Notes under the pieces: generated by a model
Database searches by the model: none
The model's input: the letters and a program-made list of their open reading frames with translations, nothing else
What the model was told of the DNA's origin: nothing
Shown: positions 12,356-22,653 of the stretch, one piece after another
How positions within the stretch are numbered: the first letter of the stretch is position 1
Layout: each line of letters begins with the position of its first letter
Program-made: the position numbers and the translations under genes
From: Candidatus Hydrogenedentota bacterium
Lineage (GTDB): Bacteria > Hydrogenedentota > Hydrogenedentia > Hydrogenedentales > SLHB01
Assembly (NCBI GenBank): GCA_045863295.1
Contig: BTWA01000024.1
Location: 29,608 to 93,607, forward strand
Length of the DNA: 64,000 nucleotides
Direction of reading: 5' to 3'

Positions 12356-15046
12356 ATGTCTTCCAAGTTAATGCGGACCTTGCTGATTTACTTCGTGCTG
12401 TTGGTAGCCGTCGTACAGGTATATCCAACGATAGGCTGGATGACGTTGTCCGACAGTGAACGTCAGACACGGCTGGCCCAGTGGGAGGAAGAGGACCGTA
12501 ACACCCCTCCTCAAGGATTTATCGCCGAGACGTTGTCCGGGTTGAAGCGCTGGGCAAAGTTCGACCGGGATCGCGTCATTGACTTGGGACTGGATCTCCA
12601 GGGCGGCGTGAACATGATCGTCGGCATTGAAATGGATAAAGTGGATCCCAAGCGCCGGCAGGAAATGCTGGACATGGGCTACACCGAAGACATGATCACC
12701 AGCGAAATGCAGGAAACCGTCGTTCAGACCATCCGCAGGCGCGTATTCGAGTTTGAAACCAAAGAGCCCCGCATTCAGCCGCTGGGCGACACGCAGGTGT
12801 TGGTTCAACTCCCCGGCGAAAAAGATGTTCAGCGCGCCGTAGATTTGATTAAGAAAACGGCCGTGTTGGAGTTTCAGATAGTCTCGCCCATCGACGATAT
12901 GGTCGCCTTGTTCAGCGATTTGGATGCGCACTTCAACGGCGATTTCGTCAAGCGCCTGACGCGCCCCATTCCATCCCCCTCTATGGGCGTGCTGGAAGTA
13001 GCGGAAGAGCAACTCCAGTACGTCCGGGAGATGGTAGCCAAGGCCGAAGCCGAGAATCTGATTCCCGCCGACAAGGAAATCGCATTTTCCAGTCCCCCCT
13101 CCAGTTGGGAAACGAACATGCCGTATCTAATCTACGTGCTCGAAAAAGAGCCGTTGATGACCGGCGACATGCTCACCGACGCCCTCGCACGCCCCGATGA
13201 CCAGACGGGCGGCGCAAGCTGGATGATTTACTTCAGCCTGTCGCCCTCGGCAGGCCGCGATTTTCAAGAAAAGACGAGCCAGAATATCGATAGGCACATG
13301 GCCATTGTGGTCGACAACCTGGTTGAATCCGCGCCGGTTATCCGCGATGCGATCGGTACGGACGGCACCATCACAGGCAGTTTCACGGCCGACGAGGCCA
13401 AGGATCTGGCTATCGCGCTGAAGTCGGGGTCGTTGCCTGTGCCGATCAAGGAAGATATGGCCGGATACATCGGACCCACCCTGGGCGAAGATTCGATTCG
13501 CAAAGGCGTGTCTTCATCGTTGATAGGCTTGGCGGTGGTCATGGTGTTCATGATCATCTATTACCGGCTTACCGGTATTGTCGCCAATGTCGGCCTTGCC
13601 GTAAATGCGCTGCTGATTATTGGACTCATGGCATACACCGACACGACCCTGACGTTGCCCGGAATCGCGGGTCTGATTCTTACGATCGGTATGGCCGTGG
13701 ACGCAAACGTGCTGATCTTCGAACGAATACGCGAAGAACTTAGTAACGGAAAATCGTTGCGAGCATCCGTTGACAGCGGCTTTGAACGGGCGCAATCCGC
13801 CATCTTGGACTCGAACATCACCACGCTCATTGCCGCGGCGGTTTTGATGCAGTTTGGCAGCGGACCTATTGAAGGTTTTGCCATTACATTAAGCATCGGT
13901 GTGGTCACCAGCGTGTTCGCCGCATTGGTTGTATCCCGCGCCATGTTCGACTTCATGCTTGATCGCGGCATCATGAAGAGCATCTCCATGATGAGCGCCT
14001 TTAAGCCCAATGCACAAATCCCGTTTCTTAATTATGGCAAGCAATGTGTGGCCGTCAGCATTGCGGTCATTGTAATCTCCATGGGGTATTTTGTGTTTCG
14101 CGGCGAAGCCAACTTTGGCGTCGAATTCAAAACCGGCACGAATATGATCGTGAATCTGAAGACTGCCGACGCCGTGGACGTCGCGAAAGTCCGCTCGACG
14201 CTGACGGACGCGGGCTTCAAACAGCCCGACGTCACCAGTTTCGAGCAGGATGACGCGGAAAGTGCGAATCGATTCCTGGTCCAGATCGGCCAGTCAGCCG
14301 AGGAGTTTGAGAGCGGCGGAGCCGGCCAAGGCATGGCCCAGAAAGTGCAGTCCGCTTTGCAGTCGCTGGGCGGAGAAGTGGCACTGGAAAAAGTGGACAC
14401 CGTCGGTCCTGCGGTGGGACAGCGCCTGAAGCTGGATGCGCTCGAAGCCATCGCTTATTCGTTCTTCTTTATCATCATTTACCTGTGGGTCCGCTTCGAG
14501 TGGCGCTTCGCCACGGCGGCCGTCGTGGCCGTATTCCACGACGTGCTGGTCACGCTTGGCTTCCTGGCGCTGTTTCAGCGGGAGATATCCCTGACGGTCG
14601 TCGCCGCCATCTTGACCATTATCGGGTATTCGCTCAACGACACAATCATCATCTTCGACCGCGTGCGCGAAGACTTGAAACTGTATCGCGGACGCGGATA
14701 CAGCTACCCGCATATTTTTAACATTAGTATCAACCAGACCCTGAGCCGCACAATTCTGACATCCGTCACAACGCTGTTTGTGGTGGTTGTGTTGTTCGTT
14801 TTCGGGGGCGATGTCATCAACGATTTCGCCTTCGCACTCATGGTCGGTATGGCCGCCGGTATCTACTCGACCGTGTTCGTGGCCAGTCCTGTGGTCATGG
14901 CCCTGGAAAAATTCTTCCCCAGCCGGACCGGCCCGTCCCTTAACGAGGACGATGCCAAAACCGGCGGCAAGCGGCGCAATACCAAGGGCGGGTCCGAGGG
15001 CGATCTTAAGAAGTCCAAGAGTGGTCCCGAGGAAGCACACGCCTGA
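12356..15046 (+). CDS. secDF: Fused protein translocase subunit SecDF
   Basis: LGLDLQGG, LTLPGIAGLILTIGMAVDANVLIFERIREE and IGYSLNDTIIIFDRVRE in one ORF; GGAG RBS before ATG 12356. Confidence 0.96.
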   Translation: MSSKLMRTLLIYFVLLVAVVQVYPTIGWMTLSDSERQTRLAQWEEEDRNTPPQGFIAETLSGLKRWAKFDRDRVIDLGLDLQGGVNMIVGIEMDKVDPKRRQEMLDMGYTEDMITSEMQETVVQTIRRRVFEFETKEPRIQPLGDTQVLVQLPGEKDVQRAVDLIKKTAVLEFQIVSPIDDMVALFSDLDAHFNGDFVKRLTRPIPSPSMGVLEVAEEQLQYVREMVAKAEAENLIPADKEIAFSSPPSSWETNMPYLIYVLEKEPLMTGDMLTDALARPDDQTGGASWMIYFSLSPSAGRDFQEKTSQNIDRHMAIVVDNLVESAPVIRDAIGTDGTITGSFTADEAKDLAIALKSGSLPVPIKEDMAGYIGPTLGEDSIRKGVSSSLIGLAVVMVFMIIYYRLTGIVANVGLAVNALLIIGLMAYTDTTLTLPGIAGLILTIGMAVDANVLIFERIREELSNGKSLRASVDSGFERAQSAILDSNITTLIAAAVLMQFGSGPIEGFAITLSIGVVTSVFAALVVSRAMFDFMLDRGIMKSISMMSAFKPNAQIPFLNYGKQCVAVSIAVIVISMGYFVFRGEANFGVEFKTGTNMIVNLKTADAVDVAKVRSTLTDAGFKQPDVTSFEQDDAESANRFLVQIGQSAEEFESGGAGQGMAQKVQSALQSLGGEVALEKVDTVGPAVGQRLKLDALEAIAYSFFFIIIYLWVRFEWRFATAAVVAVFHDVLVTLGFLALFQREISLTVVAAILTIIGYSLNDTIIIFDRVREDLKLYRGRGYSYPHIFNISINQTLSRTILTSVTTLFVVVVLFVFGGDVINDFAFALMVGMAAGIYSTVFVASPVVMALEKFFPSRTGPSLNEDDAKTGGKRRNTKGGSEGDLKKSKSGPEEAHA

Positions 15047-15074
15047 TTCCACTAATTCTTGGTTCGTAAAGTAT

Positions 15075-15110
15075 CGCCGGATTTCCTTGCGAAATCCGGC
15101 GTTTCATTTT
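15075..15110 (+). terminator. Rho-independent terminator after secDF
   Basis: CGCCGGATTTC-CTTGC-GAAATCCGGCG followed by TTTCATTTT. Confidence 0.8.
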
Positions 15111-15197
15111 CAACATTGCCGGACATTGAATGAAGCGGCTATGCTTTGTCCGGTTAGTGGATGAAAATGGGCTTTCAACACGGGAATTGGATCACGC

Positions 15198-16703
15198 GTG
15201 AACGAAGACGAGCGCAGCGCCGATTCCGGCGGGACCTCGCTCCGGCTGGGGTTCAATATGGCCGCATTGCTGATCTCGCGAATCGGCGGCCTCGCAGTCA
15301 CGCTGATTCAGCTTGCCGTGGTCTTTCGCGCACTGGATTTAGAGGCGCGCGGCCAGTTTGGATTTGCCCTCTCGTACACTTCGCTGTTCACCATGTTTTC
15401 CACGTTCGGCATCCAGCGGCTTCTGGTTCGTGACATCGCACGCGACCGTTCCATCACCTGGGTATACGTCTGGACCTCCACGGCTGTGGTCACCCTATTG
15501 TCTGTCCTGGTTATGGTGGGTATGGCAACGATTTTGGCGGCACTCGGCACGGATTCGCAAACGCAATACTCGGTGTTCTTCGCAGGTCTGTCGATTATCC
15601 TGCTATGGGCCGTTCAGCGGCCCTTTGAATCCGTGCTGACCGCCTACGAGCGAATGGGCGGGATTGCGGTCGTCAACATCGCTTCCTCCATCCTCAAGCT
15701 GATTGCGGTCTATCTCGTAATACCCGTCAGCCCTACCAGCGCGTCCGCACATGCCGCGATTGCCGCCGCCAATCTGATTTCTCTCCTCTTGTGTATGGGA
15801 TTTGCGATTCGTGTGGCCGGATTGGAACGGCCTCGCGTTCGCATGTCGCTGGCGATACACCAAATGAAGGAGTGCTTGCCGTTCCTTGTGGCTATGATAT
15901 TTTCTCAGATCTATTTCAAATCCGACATGACCTTGCTGAAATTCCTTCCCGAAGAATCGGTCGCCAATGCCCTTACCGGCATCTATACCCCGGTGCAACG
16001 ATTAACCGAACCGTTGCTCATGATATCGGCACTATGGGGGACAGTCGTGTTTCCCGCGTTGTGCCGTTTCTCTCTGAGTCCGGGCGCACAGTTTGGACAG
16101 CTGAAACGGTCGTCCGCGCGTCTTGCGCTCATCGTTTCCATTCCCATGGCGTTTGGGTTGGCAGTATTGGGCGAGCCAGTCATGGGCTTGCTGATCGGAT
16201 TCGGAGCGGAAGGATTCCAAGCCTCGGTCGTCTGTCTTCAAATCAGTTGCGCAGTCATTCCTTTCTTCTATTTAAACAGCGTGGGCCAGGAATTCTTGTA
16301 TGCTTCGCATCGGAACTGGTACGTGACGCTCGCCTATGGGTCTGCGGCCTTGCTAAGTGTCGGGGCTAATGCTGTCGCCATTCCCCGGTACGGGGTGAAC
16401 GGTGTGGCGATGGTCGCCGTGCTGGTCAACGCGCTCATCAGCTGTTTTTTTGTCGCGGGCATGCGGCACGACTATGGGGCCATGAACCTGGGATGGATGA
16501 TTCTGAAATCGATTCCGGCAAGCGCCGGAATGATCGTCGTTGCATTTTGGCTGTCCCCCTATTCGTTGGTGGGCGCCGTACTGGCGGGGGCGCTCCTCTA
16601 TATTGTGTTAATTCTTGTTACAAAAACACTTACACGAGAAGAAGAAGTGATATTCTTTGGGGTTCTGCGAATTCTGGCATTGAGACGATTCAGGAATACT
16701 TGA
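15198..16703 (+). CDS. Wzx/MOP-family polysaccharide flippase
   Basis: About 14 hydrophobic segments; FGIQRLLVRDIARD and QIYFKSDMTLL motifs. Confidence 0.85.
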   Translation: MNEDERSADSGGTSLRLGFNMAALLISRIGGLAVTLIQLAVVFRALDLEARGQFGFALSYTSLFTMFSTFGIQRLLVRDIARDRSITWVYVWTSTAVVTLLSVLVMVGMATILAALGTDSQTQYSVFFAGLSIILLWAVQRPFESVLTAYERMGGIAVVNIASSILKLIAVYLVIPVSPTSASAHAAIAAANLISLLLCMGFAIRVAGLERPRVRMSLAIHQMKECLPFLVAMIFSQIYFKSDMTLLKFLPEESVANALTGIYTPVQRLTEPLLMISALWGTVVFPALCRFSLSPGAQFGQLKRSSARLALIVSIPMAFGLAVLGEPVMGLLIGFGAEGFQASVVCLQISCAVIPFFYLNSVGQEFLYASHRNWYVTLAYGSAALLSVGANAVAIPRYGVNGVAMVAVLVNALISCFFVAGMRHDYGAMNLGWMILKSIPASAGMIVVAFWLSPYSLVGAVLAGALLYIVLILVTKTLTREEEVIFFGVLRILALRRFRNT

Positions 16704-16740
16704 AACAAACTTGCCGAATTCGTGGTTTAACGTCACAATT

Positions 16741-17559
16741 ATGGTATGTGGGCTTTGCCCAAGTGGATCGGAGAATAAACCCTTGCGGTTTCGAATAGTT
16801 TCGTTGAACATGCACAAAGGCTTTTCGCAGTTGAACAGCCGCTTTGTGCTGCATGAATTGCGCGAAGCCGTGCGCAGTGTCAAGGCTGACCTCGTCTTTT
16901 TGCAGGAAGTCCAAGGAGAGCACTCCGCAAAGGCACGGAAGTACGAGGATTGGCCCGACCAGACGCAGTATGAATTCCTGGCCGACGACATCTGGAGCCA
17001 CTACGCCTACGGAAAAAACGCGATCTACCCTGACGGACACCACGGCAATTCCATTTTGTCCCGGTTTCCGATCCGCCATTCCGAAAAGGTGAATATTTCA
17101 ACCAATCGCGTGGAACAACGCGGCTTGTTGTGCTGCGAGTTGGATATGCCCGATGGGGAGCCCATGTTTGCCCTGTGCGTGCATCTTAGCTTGTTTGCGT
17201 TGTCACGGCGCAAGCAATTGACCATGATTCAGGATTATATCAAGTCCACGATTCCGGACCACGCCCCCCTTGTACTTGCAGGAGATTTTAACGACTGGAC
17301 CGGACTACCCACCCAGGGGTTTTCACGGGAATTGGGCTTGGGCGAAGCGTTTGTAACGACCCAGGGCCGCAACCCACGCACGTTTCCGTCCAACTGGCCG
17401 CTGCTTCGATTGGACCGGATCTTTTACCGCGCGTTGACGGCCGAGGCGTCCGCCATTCACTCGCGGGGCATCTGGGGAAAGTTGTCAGACCATGCCGCAT
17501 TGGTAGCGGATATGTCGTTGAAGTCCCGGAATGTGGCGCACCGCGCCGCGGGTGCCTGA
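16741..17559 (+). CDS. Endonuclease/exonuclease/phosphatase family protein (YbhP-like); start uncertain
   Basis: SLNMHKG, DLVFLQEV, HGNSILSR, LAGDFNDW, LDRIF and SDH motifs. Confidence 0.88.
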   Translation: MVCGLCPSGSENKPLRFRIVSLNMHKGFSQLNSRFVLHELREAVRSVKADLVFLQEVQGEHSAKARKYEDWPDQTQYEFLADDIWSHYAYGKNAIYPDGHHGNSILSRFPIRHSEKVNISTNRVEQRGLLCCELDMPDGEPMFALCVHLSLFALSRRKQLTMIQDYIKSTIPDHAPLVLAGDFNDWTGLPTQGFSRELGLGEAFVTTQGRNPRTFPSNWPLLRLDRIFYRALTAEASAIHSRGIWGKLSDHAALVADMSLKSRNVAHRAAGA

Positions 17560-17577
17560 TTCAGACCCCTTTTTAGC

Positions 17578-18729
17578 CTACCTGTAGCCGCCTTCGCGAA
17601 TTAGACGTGCAGGCCGGAAGATTTCCTTGCCATACCGGTCCGAGAGGCCGTTCAGACGGTTGCAGAGTTCTTCCGGTTCAATACTGCGGATTAACGTCAT
17701 CGGGCCCACGGTATTGCCGCTTCCGTTTACGATCGCAAGGTCGACATCTTCGGCCGAGCAAACATCCATTTCGATCAGTTTTGCGGCCTCGTTGGCGTTC
17801 ACCGCCAACAAATCAAGCGGATCAAAACCAGCGGCGGACTTTCCTAGATCGATCGCCGGCCTGCCTTGGGTCCAATCAAAGAAACCTCGGCCGGTCTTCT
17901 TTCCGAGATGTCCCTCGTCAACCATGCGGGACAATACGGTTCCCGGCGAAAAATCGGGATGAACCGCTTCGGCGAAATACTTCATCGCATTGACGTTGAT
18001 GTCCAGACCCGTGTAGTCGAAGAGTTCAAAAGGGCCCATGGGCATGCCGAGATTCCGCATCACGGAATCGATTCCCTCAGGCTCAATCCGACCCTCGTCG
18101 GCAAGGCAACTCAACAGAACACCGCTTGGCGCTTGCACACGGTTCACAATGAAGCCGGGAACGTCTTTCCGCACTACAACCGGGATTTTGCCGCACGCCT
18201 GGCAAAAGGCATAGGCCGAATCAATCGCCTCCGGACCCGTTGAATCGCCGCGAATGACTTCCACAAGGCGCATCAGAACCGCCGGATTAAAGAAGTGGAG
18301 GCCAAGCACCTGCTCCGGCCGCCTTGTGGCTGAGGCAATCTCCGTAATGCGCATCGTCGACGTATTGGATGCCAATAACGCATGGGAAGGGGTGTATTGA
18401 TCGATTTGCTCGAAACACTGCCGCTTTAATGACATCACCTCGGGAATCGCCTCGATCACCAGGTCCGCATCGGCTACCGCCGTTTTCAATTCAGTCGTCG
18501 TATGAATAAGCTCTCGCTGGATTCGCTCGAACAATTCGGGCGTGACTTTGCCTTTTTCCCTCAATTTCAGCAAACTCTGATCAATGCGTGATTTGCCCCG
18601 GTCAACGGCATCTTGATTCATGTCCTGTACATGGACGCGAAAACCCGCGATTAACGCAACTTCGGCAATGCCGTGGCCCATGTCGCCGGCGCCGATGACC
18701 GCAACGGTTCGAATGGGGTGTGACGCCAT
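17578..18729 (-). CDS. 3-hydroxyacyl-CoA dehydrogenase
   Basis: AAGGAGG RBS; VIGAGDMGHGIA, ASNTST, GLHFFNP and PGFIVNR motifs. Confidence 0.92.
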   Translation of the reverse strand: MASHPIRTVAVIGAGDMGHGIAEVALIAGFRVHVQDMNQDAVDRGKSRIDQSLLKLREKGKVTPELFERIQRELIHTTTELKTAVADADLVIEAIPEVMSLKRQCFEQIDQYTPSHALLASNTSTMRITEIASATRRPEQVLGLHFFNPAVLMRLVEVIRGDSTGPEAIDSAYAFCQACGKIPVVVRKDVPGFIVNRVQAPSGVLLSCLADEGRIEPEGIDSVMRNLGMPMGPFELFDYTGLDINVNAMKYFAEAVHPDFSPGTVLSRMVDEGHLGKKTGRGFFDWTQGRPAIDLGKSAAGFDPLDLLAVNANEAAKLIEMDVCSAEDVDLAIVNGSGNTVGPMTLIRSIEPEELCNRLNGLSDRYGKEIFRPARLIREGGYR

Positions 18730-18840
18730 GGCGCCTCCTTTTTGTTGGCGGTGGAAAGCGCGAGTATAGGGGCAGAAGCCGTCATATTGCCAGTCCCGAC
18801 CAAGGACTGGAGAAATTCGGATCAATGGAGATTTCGCGAA

Positions 18841-20001
18841 ATGACCGATGTTTCGTCGCGATTGGATCTGGGTCGACTCGACGCGGATTGGACGCCGGCA
18901 CAAACGGATGTGATCCGGAGAGTGCGCGCGTTTGTGGATTCGGAAGTATTGCCATCGGTTGCCGAACATCACGAGGCGGGGACCTTTCCCCAATCCTGGT
19001 TGACGGGTATCGCCCGATTGGACATCCTGCGATACTTCATGGAACCCGACGGCGATCCGGTGGCTTACGGGCTGGCCATGCGTGAACTGGAGCGGGGGGG
19101 ATCCACCTTGCGAAGCGTAGTCAGTGTGCAGGGTGCGTTGACCATGACCGCAATTTCCCGCTACGGGTCCGAGGAGCAAAAGTCCCGGTGGCTGGGGCCG
19201 CTTTCGAGACTGGAGTCCATCGGCTGTTTTGCCCTGACAGAACCGGGTTTTGGAAGTAATCCATCGGCCATGGAGACGTCCGTGCATCGCCACGCGGGCG
19301 GTTGGATGTTGAACGGCCATAAGCGGTGGGCCACGAACGGAACCCTCGCCGATGTCGCGGTGGTGTGGGCTAAACACGACGATGCAGTAATGGGATTCCT
19401 CGTCGAGTTGGACGCTCCCGGCGTGACGGCGACGCCCATCACCGGTAAATGGAGCTTTCGAGCAAGTGAAAGCGCCGAACTTCGATTCAATCGGGTTGTG
19501 CTGCCGGATTCCGCGGCGCTTCCCGGAGCTACGACAATTGGCAAAGCCCTGGCATGTCTAGGTGAAGCTCGTTACGGAATCGCGTGGGGCGTCCTTGGCG
19601 CGGCGAGAGCCTGCCTGCAAGAGACGCTGGAGTATCTATTGAACCGGGTGCAGTTCGGCGACAAGCCCATTGCTTCGCATCAACTTGTACAGGAAAAATT
19701 CGCGTGGATGGCTACCGAACTCGCCGGCATGGAGTTGATTGCGTTGCGCATGGGCGAATTGAAACGGCGAGGGGAACTGGATCCCGTCTATGTGTCCTTG
19801 GCCAAAATGAACAACTGCCGCAAGGCCTTGAATATCGCTCGTACATGCCGTGAATTGCTGGGAGCCAACGGCATCTTGACCGCCTTTCATGTGGGACGCA
19901 GAATGGTGGACTTGGAAACGGTTGTGACCTACGAAGGCACGGAACACATTCACGCGCTGGCTATCGGCCGTCACCTCACCGGCATCAACGCTTTTTCTTA
20001 A
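18841..20001 (+). CDS. Acyl-CoA dehydrogenase (glutaryl-CoA dehydrogenase-like)
   Basis: CFALTEPGFGSNP, LNGHKRWATNG, ARYGIAWG and TYEGTEHIHAL motifs. Confidence 0.9.
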   Translation: MTDVSSRLDLGRLDADWTPAQTDVIRRVRAFVDSEVLPSVAEHHEAGTFPQSWLTGIARLDILRYFMEPDGDPVAYGLAMRELERGGSTLRSVVSVQGALTMTAISRYGSEEQKSRWLGPLSRLESIGCFALTEPGFGSNPSAMETSVHRHAGGWMLNGHKRWATNGTLADVAVVWAKHDDAVMGFLVELDAPGVTATPITGKWSFRASESAELRFNRVVLPDSAALPGATTIGKALACLGEARYGIAWGVLGAARACLQETLEYLLNRVQFGDKPIASHQLVQEKFAWMATELAGMELIALRMGELKRRGELDPVYVSLAKMNNCRKALNIARTCRELLGANGILTAFHVGRRMVDLETVVTYEGTEHIHALAIGRHLTGINAFS

Positions 20002-20019
20002 ACCTGGGAGATTGTATTC

Positions 20020-20886
20020 TTGCCGTTGAAAAACGTCAGCCAGTTCCGTGTACGTCACTACGAGTGCGATGCGTACGAACACGCCAATTACGCCAGCTAT
20101 CTGCGGTATATGCAGGAAGCCGCGTTCGAAGCCACCGAGGCCGCTGGCTGGACCGTGGAACGCATGCGCAAGGTGAACTACCACTGGATTGCGCGCGAGT
20201 CCCGCATAGTATTTCATGGATGGCTTCAGTACGGCGACACCGTTGAAGTGACAACATACCTTGCGTACTTCAGGAAAATCGGCACGCGCCGCTTGTACGA
20301 ATTTCGAAAGACGGACGATCCTCAAGCGTTCGCCGAGGGCTATACCGATTGGATTTTGGTCGATTCCCAGACGGAAAAACCCTCGCGAATTCCCCAAGAC
20401 GTTATGGATGCGTTCATTCCCGAGGGAGCGGCGGAACCACCCGCCGGAAGGGATCGTTTTCCCGCTGTAGATCCGCCCGGCAACGGCGTGTACGCCGCAT
20501 CGTATCGGGTGCGCTGGCCGGATATTGATCCGGTCCGGCATTTGAACAATTCCGAATACCTTGCCTACGCGGAAGATTGCAGCGTAATGGAACTGCGTGA
20601 CGCAGGCTGGCCGGCTGACCGGATCCGCGACTCCGGTTTCGCCATCGTGGCGAAGAGCCATCGTATGGAATACCTTCAACCCGCCGTTTACGGAGATACC
20701 GTGGAAATATCGACGTGGAAGTACGATTCGAATGCGGGGTCCTACCGGCAGTATTACCTGTTTCGACGGCCATCAGACGGCGCACTGCTCGCGCGCATAG
20801 ACAGTCAGTGGGCCGCAGTCGCGCTCACAGACTGGACTCCGTGCAGCCTGCCACCCGCATTCCCGGCAGGAGTCCGTTGCGACTGA
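20020..20886 (+). CDS. Tandem hot-dog acyl-CoA/acyl-ACP thioesterase
   Basis: Two repeats: ECDAYEHANYASYLRY and DIDPVRHLNNSEYLAY. Confidence 0.85.
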   Translation: MPLKNVSQFRVRHYECDAYEHANYASYLRYMQEAAFEATEAAGWTVERMRKVNYHWIARESRIVFHGWLQYGDTVEVTTYLAYFRKIGTRRLYEFRKTDDPQAFAEGYTDWILVDSQTEKPSRIPQDVMDAFIPEGAAEPPAGRDRFPAVDPPGNGVYAASYRVRWPDIDPVRHLNNSEYLAYAEDCSVMELRDAGWPADRIRDSGFAIVAKSHRMEYLQPAVYGDTVEISTWKYDSNAGSYRQYYLFRRPSDGALLARIDSQWAAVALTDWTPCSLPPAFPAGVRCD

Positions 20887-20964
20887 CTTCCACGCGGTAC
20901 AGACCCATTCCGATGCCACGCGGCAAAAGATTTGTGATGCGTCATTGTGATACACTCCCGGGTT

Positions 20965-22641
20965 ATGAGTGCCAACAATGAAAAACCCATTATTGTGCAG
21001 TCCGACCGGTCCATTTTGCTGGAAACGGACGGCCCCTGTTTCGAAGAAGCGCGCGACGCGATTGCGGCGTTCGCCGAACTGATCAAGTCACCTGAACACA
21101 TCCACACCTACCGGATTACTCCGTTGTCCCTATGGAATGCGGCGGCTGCCGGCATGAGTGCCGCCGAGATGGTGGATAGTCTCCGGCGGTATAGCCGCTA
21201 TGAAGTGCCGGAGAACGTCATCAGGGACATCCAGGACAATGTGTCGCGGTATGGGCGTTTGAAGCTGTACAGACAGAACGATCAGCTGGTTCTGGAATCC
21301 GAAGACACACTTCTCATCACCGAATTGCTTAGCCACAAATCCATTCAGCCGTTTGTCAGTGGCTCGCCGGACAATAAGCGCATCTTTGTCAAGGCCGCGG
21401 ATCGGGGCAACGTCAAAAGCGCGCTCATCAAAATCGGCTTTCCGGTGGAGGATCTCGCCGGCTACGTCGAAGGCGCTCCACTTCCAATTGAATTAAGGCA
21501 GACAACCTTGGGGGGCAAGCCATTCGGCTTGCGTCAGTATCAACAGGAGGCCGTCGAAGCGTTCTACATGCGCGGGTCAAATCATGGCGGCAGCGGCGTC
21601 GTTGTGCTGCCGTGCGGCGCAGGCAAGACCGTTGTCGGCATCGGTGCCATACACCGCCTGCAAACCCAAACGCTGGTACTCACCACCAATACCGTGGCCC
21701 TGCGCCAATGGCGCAACGAATTGCTCGACAAGACCACCATCACCGAGGATCTCCTTGGCGAATACAGCGGCGAAACAAAAGAAATCCGGCCGGTGACCTT
21801 TGCCACCTATCAGGTGCTTACCTATCGGCGTGTTAAAGACGGACCGTTCGTACACTTCAGCCTCTTTGACGATGGAAACTGGGGCCTGATTCTGTATGAC
21901 GAGGTACACCTCCTGCCTGCACCCGTATTCCGCGCGACAGCAGCCCTGCAAGCGCGCCGCCGCTTGGGCTTGACGGCGACACTCGTGCGTGAAGACGCGC
22001 GAGAAGACGATGTGTTCAGTCTGATCGGTCCAAAGAAATACGACATGCCATGGAAGGTGTTGGAAAAACAAGGCTGGATTGCCCAAGCCGTATGCAGCGA
22101 GGTGCGTGTTCCACTACCCGAAGACGAACGGTACCGGTATGCCGTTAGCGACAAGCGAGGGAAGTTCCGCATCGCGTCGACCAACCCCGTCAAAGTCAGC
22201 ATCTGCGAGCAATTGGCCAAGAAACACAAAGATGACAACGTTTTGATTATCGGACAGTATCTCGACCAGTTGCGGGTATTGTCGAAACACTTCAAAGCAC
22301 CGATTATCACGGGACAAACCGCCAATAAGCGGCGCGAAGAGTTGTTTCGCGATTTCAGAACGGGCAAATCAAAATTGTTGATTGTCTCGAAAGTGGCCAA
22401 CTTCGCCATTGATCTGCCCGATGCCAATGTTGCCATCCAAGTGAGCGGGACCTTCGGCTCCCGCCAGGAGGAAGCCCAGAGGCTCGGACGTATCTTGCGC
22501 CCGAAAAGTGAGAACACCACCGCGCGTTTCTACAGTCTGGTCTCACGTGATACGTGCGACCAGGATTACAGCGTAAAACGGCAACTGTTCTTGACCGAGC
22601 AGGGATATCGATACGAGATCAAGAACGCCGAGGAACTTTAA
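20965..22641 (+). CDS. XPB/Ssl2 (ERCC3)-like DNA repair helicase
   Basis: KSPEHIHTYRITPLSLWNA, LPCGAGKT, DEVH, GLTATLVRED and SRQEEAQRLGRILR motifs. Confidence 0.93.
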   Translation: MSANNEKPIIVQSDRSILLETDGPCFEEARDAIAAFAELIKSPEHIHTYRITPLSLWNAAAAGMSAAEMVDSLRRYSRYEVPENVIRDIQDNVSRYGRLKLYRQNDQLVLESEDTLLITELLSHKSIQPFVSGSPDNKRIFVKAADRGNVKSALIKIGFPVEDLAGYVEGAPLPIELRQTTLGGKPFGLRQYQQEAVEAFYMRGSNHGGSGVVVLPCGAGKTVVGIGAIHRLQTQTLVLTTNTVALRQWRNELLDKTTITEDLLGEYSGETKEIRPVTFATYQVLTYRRVKDGPFVHFSLFDDGNWGLILYDEVHLLPAPVFRATAALQARRRLGLTATLVREDAREDDVFSLIGPKKYDMPWKVLEKQGWIAQAVCSEVRVPLPEDERYRYAVSDKRGKFRIASTNPVKVSICEQLAKKHKDDNVLIIGQYLDQLRVLSKHFKAPIITGQTANKRREELFRDFRTGKSKLLIVSKVANFAIDLPDANVAIQVSGTFGSRQEEAQRLGRILRPKSENTTARFYSLVSRDTCDQDYSVKRQLFLTEQGYRYEIKNAEEL

Positions 22642-22653
22642 CCGGAGCCGGGC

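Noticed and set aside
18730..19377. 599-aa version of the hydroxyacyl-CoA dehydrogenase
   Set aside because: The extension is antisense to the acyl-CoA dehydrogenase; an AAGGAGG RBS supports the 18729 start.
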